Source: Octopus sinensis
Lineage: Eukaryota
Assembly (NCBI RefSeq): GCF_006345805.1
Contig: NW_021834519.1
Location: 1-47,719 of the forward strand
Direction of reading: 5' to 3'
Length of the DNA: 47,719 nucleotides
Part shown: positions 12,286-22,416 of the stretch, one piece after another
Layout of the letters: every line of letters begins with the position of its first letter
How positions within the stretch are numbered: position 1 is the first letter of the stretch
The notes under the pieces: generated by a model
Told to the model about the DNA's origin: nothing
The model's input: only the letters and a program-made list of their open reading frames with translations
Database searches by the model: none
Made by a program: the position numbers and the translations under genes

Positions 12286-12352
<67 letters not shown>

Positions 12353-12725
12353 CAGGGATGTGTGTACGTATGTATAGGTGGCGCAAAAACAAAAAAATAT
12401 ATATATATTTTGCTTGTGGGTATGTTTGCCGGCATCAAAATGAGGTTTTGAAATATCTTACTGGCAAATTTTGTTCTGCGCAACCCGTTTTCAATTCTGT
12501 CAATCTATTTCTATCTTTTTTTTTTATTTATCTATTTATATATCTCACCTTTTCTTTTATACTTCTTTTCTTTCTTTCCTTTCCTTCCTTCTTTCTTTCC
12601 TTTCTTTCTCTCACCCCCCTCTCTCTCTCACTCTCTCTCTTTTCACCTTTGTATATTCGTATACAGATTAACGCACCACACACGTATACAGACACACACA
12701 TACACACACCTGTACATACATACAT

Positions 12726-12759
<34 letters not shown>

Positions 12760-12985
12760 TAGATATTTATATATATGCATCTACATACACACACACACAC
12801 ATAGGGATACGTATATATTACTTATATATTTAAATATATGTGTGTGTGCGCTTGTGTGCCTCTGTAAGTGTATGCGTGACGTGTGTGTGTGTGTGCGTGT
12901 GGGCGTGATATGTGTGCAAGTGTAAGAAATGAGGGTGAGAGAGAGAGAAAGAGAGCGAGAGAGAGAAAGAGAGCGAGAGAGAGAA
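12270..12985. repeat. Low-complexity block: (TG)n, (CT)n, (CA)n, (TA)n, (GA)n
   Basis: Directly visible. Confidence 0.8.
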
Positions 12986-12987
12986 AG

Positions 12988-13318
12988 AGGTACAGGCGTG
13001 GCTGTGTGATAATGAGTTTGCTTCTCAACCGCATGCTTCCGGGTTCAGTCCCACTGCGTGGCACCTTAGGCAAGTGTCTTCTACTATAGCCTCGAGCCGA
13101 CCAAAACCTTGTGAATGGATTTGGTAGACGGAAACTGAAAGAAGCTTGTAATGTGTGTGCATGTGTGTCTGGGGATGTCCCCCATCACCGCTTCGGTGTT
13201 AAGTATCAGGCTTTTAAAAAAATAAGTCCTGGGGTCGTTTCATTCGATTAAAAATTCTTCATGGTGGTGCTCCCAGTATAGCCGCAGTCTATTGCCTGAA
13301 ACAGTTAAAAACTAAAAG
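12988..13318 (+). mobile_element. Family-B SINE with internal deletion
   Basis: Head, GGCACCTTAGGCAAGTGTCTTCTACTATAGCC core and tail present. Confidence 0.85.
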
Positions 13319-13440
13319 TGCGTGTTTGGGCTTATTTAGTTGCTTTTTTTGCTTTTGTTTTCGTCTTTTTTTTTCATTTGGTGTGGAAGATTCTTGGTTT
13401 GAACTTCATGTGTTCAAGAAGAGTTTGTTGTATTTGAAGT

Positions 13441-13537
13441 CATTATGCCAATAATGAACACACGCATTGGTTAACCAATTAAAGAATGATATAAAAGTGA
13501 AATACAACTAGTGCATGTGTTCATTATTGACATAATG
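13441..13537. repeat. Short inverted repeat (26-bp arms) enclosing a 14-bp palindrome
   Basis: 13441-13466 vs the reverse complement of 13512-13537: 24/26. ATTGGTTAACCAAT at 13466-13479. Confidence 0.85.
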
Positions 13538-13585
13538 CTCCGAAATATGACAAGATGTACACTCACAAACATCTATATTTATACA

Positions 13586-13586
<1 letters not shown>

Positions 13587-13666
<80 letters not shown>

Positions 13667-13715
13667 TTGATAAATAGATAGATAGATAGATATATAGATA
13701 GATAGATAGATAGAT
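13587..13715. repeat. (CT)n(TA)n(GA)n(GATA)n compound microsatellite
   Basis: Directly visible. Confidence 0.95.
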
Positions 13716-14006
13716 CACGTAACCACGTGATATAACGTGACCGACCAGACCATCACATGTTGCTACACATCGCTGGTCACAATGCGCTTCGGATTGTTTT
13801 AGCCTTCGAATGACGCCACCCCGCTGGCTAAGCGAGCAGGCCAACAGCAGGGAGTACAGCAGGGATCGCTACTATCTCCTGCCGGAGCTTCGTGGAGCTT
13901 TTAAGTGTTTTCGCTCAATAAACACTCACAACGCCCGGTCTGGGAATCGAAACCGCGATCCTACGACCGCGAGTCCGCTACCCTAACCACTGGGCCATTA
14001 CGCCTC
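13716..14006 (-). mobile_element. Chimeric element: family-C SINE 5' half fused to a different, LINE-tail-like 3' segment
   Basis: 13853-14006 matches the first ~155 nt of family C. 13716-13847 is unrelated to the C tail, ends in CACGTGAT-like repeats and runs into (TATC)n. Confidence 0.75.
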
Positions 14007-14007
14007 T

Positions 14008-14023
14008 ACATATATATATATAT

Positions 14024-14089
<66 letters not shown>

Positions 14090-14150
14090 TCATACATACA
14101 TACATACATACATACATACATACATACATACATACATACATACATACATG
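14008..14150. repeat. (TA)n(GATA)n(CATA)n compound microsatellite
   Basis: Directly visible. Confidence 0.95.
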
Positions 14151-14694
14151 CAAGCATGCATACGCGTTTCGCATTAAAGTAAAGGTAAATTTACTTACTT
14201 ATTTCTCATCTTCAGTGTAGCATTTCAAGATATAAATTTGAGAGTGATACCCAACCAACACTTCCAAAAATGTGCAGCCAAATGTGAACACATATTTATG
14301 TATGTTACGAGCAATCCCGCAGAAGCTGCAGTTTTCGATCAGGGAGTAAAGTTCAATATTAATAAGAAAATTGTAAAATTAATTAATTAATTAATAATTC
14401 ATAATTTTACCAAGTAGATCGGTCACATTAGTATTTAATTAAATTAAATTCTATGTCTTTGTGCAGCTGAAGATTGTTCTACATTTTAAATTGATGTAAT
14501 GAAATGAATGCATTGCACAATTAAATGGAGTTGCATGAAACGATCGTACTGCATTACCTTTGGATATCCTTGTTACTTATTTTGATTTATATATATATTA
14601 GTATTTTAGGTGAAAGTGATATTACTAAGGGTAAGTTGTTTTTTTTAATATACTGCATATGAAAGATAATTTATTATAAATTTATTTAAAAAAC

Positions 14695-15082
14695 AGTGGC
14701 TGTGTGGTAAGTAGCTTGCTAACCAACCACATGGTTCCGGGTTCAGTCCCACTGCGTGGCATCTTGGGCAAGTGTCTTCTGCTATAGCCCCGGGCCGACC
14801 AATGCCTTGTGAGTGGATTTGGTAGACGGAAACTGAAAGAAGCCTGTCGTATATATGTATATATATAAGTGTGTGTGTCTGTGTTTGTCCCCCTAGCATT
14901 GCTTGACAACCGATGCTGGTGTGTTTACGTCCCCGTCACTTAGCGGTTCGGCAAAAGAGGCCGATAGAATAAGTACTGGGCTTACAAAGAATAAGTCCCG
15001 GGGTCGAGTTGCTCGACTAAAGGCGGTGCTCCAGCATGGCCGCAGTCAAATGACTGAAACAAGTAAAAGAGTAAAAGAGAGA
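14695..15082 (+). mobile_element. Family-B SINE, near full length and well conserved
   Basis: All B modules present; tail (AGTAAAAG)n. Confidence 0.92.
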
Positions 15083-15600
15083 GTAATAATACATGTATCT
15101 TTTTAATTAGGGGAATCATTTGTATATTCACTAAACCATACGTGTAATATATGGTTAAAATTATATGTTGCAATTTATTCGGACCAAAGTCAAATAAGGG
15201 ACAAAAGACCAAACGTGACCGTACAAGTTGTTTCACTAAGTTGTTATTTATCGCTAAGATTATTCTTAAAATCTATTCTACGATAAAATGCATTAATTGT
15301 AATTCTCCATGCAACAGCATTTAGTTACAAGATTAATGAACCAACTCAATATATATCCTAATATATCCTCTTATATATATATATACCTACATATTACTAA
15401 ATTGTTATTATTTATCTCTAAAATAATGTTTAAAATCTATTTTATCTGACAAGATGCCTCAAATGCAAGACTCTATGTAATAGTGTTGAATAATTACTGG
15501 TATTTTTATATATTATATATGTAGAGCATAATATGTTATACATGTATGTATATTTTTATAATTGTTTTTTTTAAATAAATAAATAGACATAATATAATGT

Positions 15601-16153
15601 CTAAAATTTGGGGTTGGGGCAGTCGATTAGATCGACCAAGTATGCAACCGGTACTTAATTTATTGACCCCGAAAGGATGAAAGGCAAAGTCGACCTCGGC
15701 GGAATTTGAACTCACAACCTTAAGACTGACGAAATACCTATTTCTTTACTACCCACAATGGGCTAAACACAGAGAGGACAAACAAGGACAGACAAACGGA
15801 TTAAGTCGGTTATATCGACTCCAGTGCGTAACTGGTACTTATTTAATCGACCCCGAAAGGATGGAAGGCAAAGTCGACCACGGCGGAATTTGAACTCACA
15901 ACGTAGCGGCAGATGAAATACCTATTTCTTTACTACCCACAAGGGGCTAAATATAGAGGGGACAATTAAGGACAGACATAGGTATTAAGTCGATTACATG
16001 GACCCCAGTGCGTAACTGGTACTTAATTTATCGACCCCGAAAGGATGGAAGGCAAAGTCGACCACGGCGGAATTTGAACTCAGAACGTAGCGGCAGACAA
16101 AATACCGCTAAGCATTTCGCCCGGTGTACTAACGTTTCTGCCAGCTCGCCGCC
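15601..16153 (-). mobile_element. Family-A SINE with its body triplicated (184-bp tandem units)
   Basis: (G/A)AAATACC recurs at 15731, 15915 and 16099. Only one tRNA-like head is present (16107-16153). Confidence 0.92.
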
Positions 16154-16288
16154 TTATCAGTATTGGATATTAATGGAATTAATATCGAATCCAGTGTAAA
16201 TCGGAATCCAGAAATATTGACGTAGTCGATCTCTGATATTCGACGATGAGGATACATTTGCTCATTTGACTGAATAACCGGCTCCCTA

Positions 16289-16615
16289 GAAGGCGCGTGG
16301 CTCAGTGGTTAGAGCATCAAGCTTACGATCGTGAGGTTGTGAGCTCGAATCCCGGACCGGGCTGCGTGTTGTGTTCTTGAGCAAGACACTTTATTTCAGT
16401 TGCTCCAGTTCACTCAGCTGTAGAAATGAGTTGCGACGTCACAGGTGCCAAGCTGTATCGGTCCTTGCCTTTCCCTTGGACAACATCAGTGACGTGGAGA
16501 GGGGAGGCCGGTATGCATGGGCGACTGCTGGTCTTCCATAAAACAACCTTGCCCAGACTTGTGCCTCAGACAGGTGCAAACCCATGGTCAGTGTCTGACC
16601 GAAGGGGGTCACCAA
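16289..16615 (+). mobile_element. tRNA-derived SINE, family F, with a CORE-like segment
   Basis: A box TGGCTCAGTGG, B-box-like CTCGAATCC, then GTGTTCTTGAGCAAGACACTT, which resembles the CORE motif of metazoan SINEs. Confidence 0.8.
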
Positions 16616-16887
16616 TTGACATGCTGGTGCCTGAGTATACTACAAACACGTACACTCTTAACATTAATTCTCACGTAGAGTTAACATGATGTAGTGTATA
16701 ATAAAGCTGTACCTTTTGATTGATCCGAAGGCTTCTGTGCTGTTGCACTCGACCTAGTTTCTCTCAAAAGTCCTAGGCTATAAGAGAATAGCAATCGGCG
16801 AAGATGTCCCGAAGTGGAATTGAACCTGGCGTCTTGTAGTTGCGAAGCAAATTTCTTAACCATCAGATCATAATGCCTCGAAAATAT

Positions 16888-17100
16888 TGGTTCCAAATTT
16901 TGGCACAAGGCCAGTCATTTCGGGGAGGTGACTAGTCGATTACATCAACCCCAGTATTTGACTGGTACTTAATTTATCGACCTCGAAAGGATGAAAGGCA
17001 AAGTCGACCTCGGCAGAACTTGGACTTAGAACGTAAAGATAGACAAAATGCCGCTAAGCATTTTGCCCAGCAAGGTAACGTTTCTGCCAGCTCTCCACCT
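16888..17100 (-). mobile_element. Family-A SINE (short tail)
   Basis: Reverse-complement match; tail CCCCGAAATGACTGGCCTTGTGCCAAAATTTGGAACC. Confidence 0.88.
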
Positions 17101-17565
17101 TCATAATGCGTCAACATTTTTTAACGTACTAACCATGATGGGAGGCACTGCCCTGATCAAATATCCGTATAGCGTTCATATCTAAGTCTGCGTACGATTT
17201 ATAGTTGGGTGTAATAGACTGAATTTAAGGGAATTGGTAAACACCGAGGATACATTGGTAACTTAGAAAGTATACACACGTATATTTTTTTTAGCGTGTA
17301 TTTGTGTGTTGGAATCTATCTATCTATCTGTGCATAGCTATCTATCTATCTGTATATATATATATATATATTCAACAACAATTGAGGAACGTTGAATTTA
17401 TATATATAGTCTCTGACTATTTTCTCTCTCTCACTAGACCGCTGGTGGCGAAAAAATTTCTATTGAATTTTTGCTACCCTATATTGATTAATAATATATA
17501 TATATATATAATATATATATATATAGATAGATAAGAAAGTGTTTGGTAAAGTACGTGGGTGAATA

Positions 17566-18147
17566 TATAAGAAAATAGTAAAGTGTGAAAAAACGACAGG
17601 AGGCTTAAATGTTAAAAAATATATATATTTATGTCAAAATGTCTGGAGAATATTGGAAAAATTTTTTTCCCCTTCCTTAAAATGACATAATTTTAAAATT
17701 TTAAAAGAAATTACCGGTTTCGCGTGTAGCTTTTCAAATTTCTTGTGACGTTATGTTTATATTGCATGGAGTTATCGTTGTTTTTATTCCAGGAGATTTC
17801 TAAAAAAGGGGAGGTAGTGAGTGATTTCTTCCGGTGTAAGGGAGATAATCGCTTAAAAATTTTTTTTTTTTTTCCCTTTTCCTTGTTAATTTCTCTGTGT
17901 CAGTATGTTCGGATGGAAATCTCCTGGAAATAAAAACAACGATAACTCCATGCAATATAAACATAACGTCACAAGAAATTTGAAAAGCTACACGCGAAAC
18001 CGGTAATTTCTTTAAAAATTTTAAAATTATGTCATTTTAAGGAAGGGGAAAAAAAAATTTTTCCAATATTCTCCAGACATTTTGACACAAATATATATAT
18101 TTTTTAACATTTAAGCCTCCTGTCGTTTTTCACACTTTTACTATTAT

Positions 18148-18154
<7 letters not shown>
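17566..18154. mobile_element. Foldback/MITE with ~235-bp terminal inverted arms
   Basis: 17566-17800 vs the reverse complement of 17916-18154 is near-identical (about 96% by eye), with a 115-bp spacer. Termini lie in TA context. Confidence 0.9.
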
Positions 18155-18189
<35 letters not shown>

Positions 18190-18219
18190 TATAATATATA
18201 TACAGCCTTGGACAAAAGT

Positions 18220-19095
18220 ATTAGTGGTTTCTTCACTCGCACGCACCATCATTGCTACATCCACACACCTTTTTTTTTAAAACTTTCACGAGTCAAAACC
18301 TGCCTCTCCATCCTCACCTTCCTTTTCAAGTGGTACTTGAAAAAGTTGATGAGCGATTGGCCAGAGAGGTAAGTGTTTGTCTCTAATCGTTTCGCTCGAA
18401 TCCACCACACAGATTCTTTCACCATAGCCACCAGTACGATGAAGACTGCCTTGCTTTTTCGGTTGAGGGAGGTGGCGGAGCAATTTTCACAATAGACTCA
18501 GCCGACAGGCGAACTCATCCCACAAGTGACAGCAGCCGTTCGGCATAAGCCCACAGGTCCGAAATGGTTGGACACTGCACAAGTGCGTGCAGAACGGTTT
18601 CGTCGCTCTGACCGCATCTCGGGCAAGTCAGCCCGGTGTGTCTCGAACCGTGCCTGTAGAGCTTATCCCGAACAGGTAATGCTTCTCGATAGCACTGCCA
18701 GCCAGGGATCTCTGGTGATTGTCCATAGGTCCCGGCCCGAAAGTTGTCCTGAAGAGGCGGGCTAGGTGTTCTTCATCGACACCCACATTCTGCCCGAGAA
18801 CTTTGTTGCACCTCCCCTCCACTAATCTTCTATAGAACGCCTTTGTTGTAATGAAGTCGCAGAAATTTGGTCCCGGACGGCAGAGTTGCTTGAGAGTGAC
18901 GCGACACTCGCGGTGCCATTCGCCTAGCCTCGGACTTTGTTTGATCCACGACTGCAGTTCGGCCAAGCAGATGAGCTGCGGGAAAGCGCGCCGCACAAAC
19001 GGCGACCACACCTGTTCACCGTCGTCTATGAAGCGTCGGAGATGTCGCAGTCTCAGCGCATATCTGCGCATCATCAACCACGGTATGGCTAGCCC

Positions 19096-19096
<1 letters not shown>
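18220..19096 (-). mobile_element. 5'-truncated Tx1/L1-clade LINE, ORF2 C-terminus with a zf-RVT-type motif
   Basis: After a frameshift at about 18690, the frame reads WQCYREALPVRDKLYRHGSRHTGLTCPRCGQSDETVLHALVQCPTISDLW (C-x2-C...H...C). GC-rich relative to its flanks, with in-frame stops downstream. Confidence 0.8.
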
Positions 19097-19171
<75 letters not shown>

Positions 19172-19176
19172 GAAAG

Positions 19177-19256
<80 letters not shown>

Positions 19257-19292
19257 GGAATGATAGATGGATGGATGGATGAATGGATAGAT
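19097..19292. repeat. (GATA)n/(GATG)n microsatellite
   Basis: Directly visible. Confidence 0.95.
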
Positions 19293-20096
19293 GAGTATAC
19301 ATCGTCGCCGCAAGCACTGCTGTTGACGGTGATGGTGGTGTTGGTGGTGCTGCTAAGAAATTGCTCTTATCCCTAACACCAATTAACTCTATAAATAGTT
19401 TTGTCTCCGAAGTTCAATATTTGCAGTACCATTTATGTTTCACCTTCTCCATATATAACCTTCCGATAGTTGCTTAATCAAAAGATCTCATCCTATGTTG
19501 ATCTACCGCAAAAATTGTAAGGGATAATTCCATCGAAGGATGCAGCACAAATAAAGAAAATAGTGGGGTTTTTTTAACGGTTTACGCTATTTCGAATAAT
19601 TTAAACGGTGCGGTTAAGGTTAACAATAATAACAATGATATCAGCAACAACAACAGCGTAGCAGCAACACTCACAATGCACGCGTGTGCACGCGCTCGCA
19701 CACACACACAAACACACACAGACACACGCACTCACACATATGCCCACATTCGCTTGCGCGAACACACACTCGCGCACGTGCACACAGACACGACCTCTTT
19801 GCCAAATATAAAAGAAAATGAAAGGCCAAGTTGAGTAACCAAGGTATCAGTTTATTTTTCGCTTACGCCGCAAATTATCACCTGGTTGAATAAAAGTTGC
19901 TTGGTAGAGTTATAAGATTTGGTTCCATCAGAGCTCTTCATCAACAAAGGCGAGAAGGGAAAAATCACTTGTTTTCCTATTTTGCCCTTATAATGTAGTA
20001 GGGTGTGGTTTGATGTAGATTTGGCTCTTATTTCTAGCTGAGTGAGTTACCACGTAGCAGCCTCATCGTTGTCGTATAGATTAAAGAAAAAGAAGC

Positions 20097-20545
20097 GAAG
20101 GGAAAGTTGTATGAGCTGAACCCGGAGGCTATGGCGCTGAGTGATAACTAAAAGATAGCTAAAAGGTTTTATAGGATTTCTCTGTAGAGACTGACAATAC
20201 CATTGAAAGAAGGATATCAGATATGATCAGAGAGTATGGAAAATAAAATCAATGTAAGATCATAGAGTTCGCAATACCATTCAATAGCCATTTGGGAATG
20301 AAGGAAACTGAGAAATCTGAAGTATCAAATACTTACCAGAGTAATAAAGAAATTACTGAAGACGAGGGTGAAAATTGTTCCATTGATAAGAAGCGCACAT
20401 TGGTAGAACGACCAAACTGATAGCCGACAGGCTGAAGAACACTGATTTTGAGATAATATTATCAGCCTACAGAAAAATGCCATCCTGTTTCTTGCGAGAA
20501 TCATAGAAAAACAAAGATTCTTGAGATCTGAGAACAGCAAAATAA
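20097..20545 (+). mobile_element. Decayed R4/Dong-like non-LTR element, restriction-like endonuclease region
   Basis: Broken frames read DFSVETDNTIERRISDM...CKIIEFAIPF...KETEK...KYQILTRVIKKLLKTRVKIVPL...LQKNAILFLARII, matching the recalled PD..D..E-K.KY RLE consensus. Confidence 0.65.
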
Positions 20546-20747
20546 AAGACATCCTCAGGTTATGTAAAATACTGTTTCAAAAACACCTCCGATCGTAACT
20601 CGACGCATTCTCAGTCCTAGGAAGTCGAAAATCCCCTCTCGTCCATAGCACTCCTTAATTTTGCAGTGATGGGCAGAAATGGACAAGTTTCAGAGGTAGT
20701 GTTGGAAAAGAAACGAGAGGAAAACAAGAACCAGCCACACACACACA

Positions 20748-20780
<33 letters not shown>

Positions 20781-20782
<2 letters not shown>

Positions 20783-20871
20783 GATGGGCTTCTTTCAGTT
20801 TCCGTCTACCAACATCGGTTGCTAAGCGATGGTGTATGTGGGGGACAAACACAGACACAAATAACAAACAC

Positions 20872-20939
<68 letters not shown>

Positions 20940-21102
20940 GACGGGCTTCTTTCAGTTTCCGTCTACCAAATCCTTTCATAAGGCTTTGGTCGTCCCGAGG
21001 CTATAGTAGAAGACACTTGCCCAATGTGCCACGCAGTGGAACTGAACCCAGAACCATGTGGTTGGTAAGCAAGCTACTTACCACACAGCCATTACTGCGC
21101 CT
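20781..21102 (-). mobile_element. Family-B SINE 5' half with an internally duplicated module
   Basis: GGGCTTCTTTCAGTTTCCGTCTACCAA occurs twice (about 20786 and 20944); head at 21060-21102. Confidence 0.85.
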
Positions 21103-21394
21103 TTATTCATTATTTATTATTATTTATTTATTTATTTATTTCATGGAACAGTGGATCTCAAACACATAAGGCTATAAATAATAGCCTATGAATATTGGAT
21201 TAAGAAAAAATAGTTTTGAATTTGTTTTTATTTTTATTTTGTTTTCAAACTATTCTTAATTATTTCAATCCTTAATTATCGACTGGGGTCGATTTAATCG
21301 ATAGGCCCTCTCTCCCTCAAAATATAGTAGAAAGGATTATTATTATTATTATTATTATTATTTTATTATTATTATTGGCATTATTATTATTATT

Positions 21395-21612
21395 TTTATT
21401 CAGTAGTTTTATTTTTATAGCGTGCTTTCACTTCACTACCGAGCGCAGCTCTGTGTGCCTTGGGTATGTGCTGTGATTTGTTATGATGCTCTGATGGTTA
21501 TTGTATGGAAAGTGTTCTGCGTAGGATGTGTGCAGTGCCTAGTAGTGCAATTTTCTGTATGTTATATGTGTTTGTAAGTCCTGGTGTTTTTGTTATGTAT
21601 TTGTCTGAATAT
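21395..21612 (-). mobile_element. Extreme 3' end of an R4/Dong-like LINE embedded in (TAA)n
   Basis: Encodes KYITKTPGLTNTYNIQKIALLGTAHILRRTLSIQ*, followed by a short 3' UTR. (TTA)n arrays at 21336-21395 and 21624-21672. Confidence 0.7.
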
Positions 21613-21621
21613 TTTTTTTTA

Positions 21622-21662
<41 letters not shown>

Positions 21663-21965
21663 GTTATTATTATCAAAAGTAAACTGGATGGGTGGAAACC
21701 TTAATGTATGACAAATTAAATTGCCGTGTTTCGTTGTAGTTGTAGTTTTTATTGCGTTGAGATCGGCTTTAAATTTCATCTTCTCGCCCTTAATTAAATA
21801 AATACCAGTCCAATATTGGAATCAATACATTTTGCTGTTCTTTGTTTTGCTTTGTTTTCTCGCAAAATCTCTGGCGTTGTCTGTGTTACAAATGATTATT
21901 TACATACATAATATATAAGCCATTCCGATGATATATCACTAGAAAATATCATTCGGTTCATGCAG

Positions 21966-22021
21966 CTTATGTATCAAATGAAAGGAAACAAGATACAGAA
22001 TATATCTCTCGAGATCTGATG
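21966..22021 (+). other. Candidate short exon (unverified)
   Basis: CATGCAG acceptor and ATG|GTGAGT donor; only one open frame (AYVSNERKQDTEYISRDLM). Confidence 0.25.
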
Positions 22022-22395
22022 GTGAGTCAATCAATGTAATTACAACGCAATTTAATAGAGTGGTTAATTATTTATATATAAAACTGTTATAAATCCTCTC
22101 TAATCATATAATTGCTATCTTTTGACTATATACACGAGCTTTATGAATTTAAGATGTTAAGAATTATTCTATAAAGTAATAAGAAATGTGAAGCCGCTTA
22201 GATCTTCGAACTACCGACCATCTTTTGTGTGTTTATATGCAACATTCCGTTCCAATTTGATGAGTTTCCGATTGTCTTCATCGGTTTTATATTTGCATTC
22301 TTATATATCGCTGGACCGGAGTTGAATTTGCCAACGTACACACCATCCACTAAGTTTTACTAACAGTAAATGGTTGATTTGTATCTTTCTTACAG

Positions 22396-22416
22396 CTCTC
22401 AAGACTTTTAGACAGA
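22396..22416 (+). other. Candidate 21-nt microexon (unverified)
   Basis: TACTAAC at 22358-22364, TTTCTTACAG acceptor, AGA|GTAAGT donor; length is a multiple of 3. Confidence 0.3.

Noticed and set aside
14217-14346. Possible exon with the open frame VAFQDINLRVIPNQHFQKCAAKCEHIFMYV
   Set aside because: Plausible splice signals occur on both strands and the peptide is unrecognised, so it cannot be distinguished from chance
15601-16153. CRISPR-like or regularly spaced repeat
   Set aside because: Units are contiguous homologous SINE bodies with no unique spacers; eukaryotic context and no cas genes
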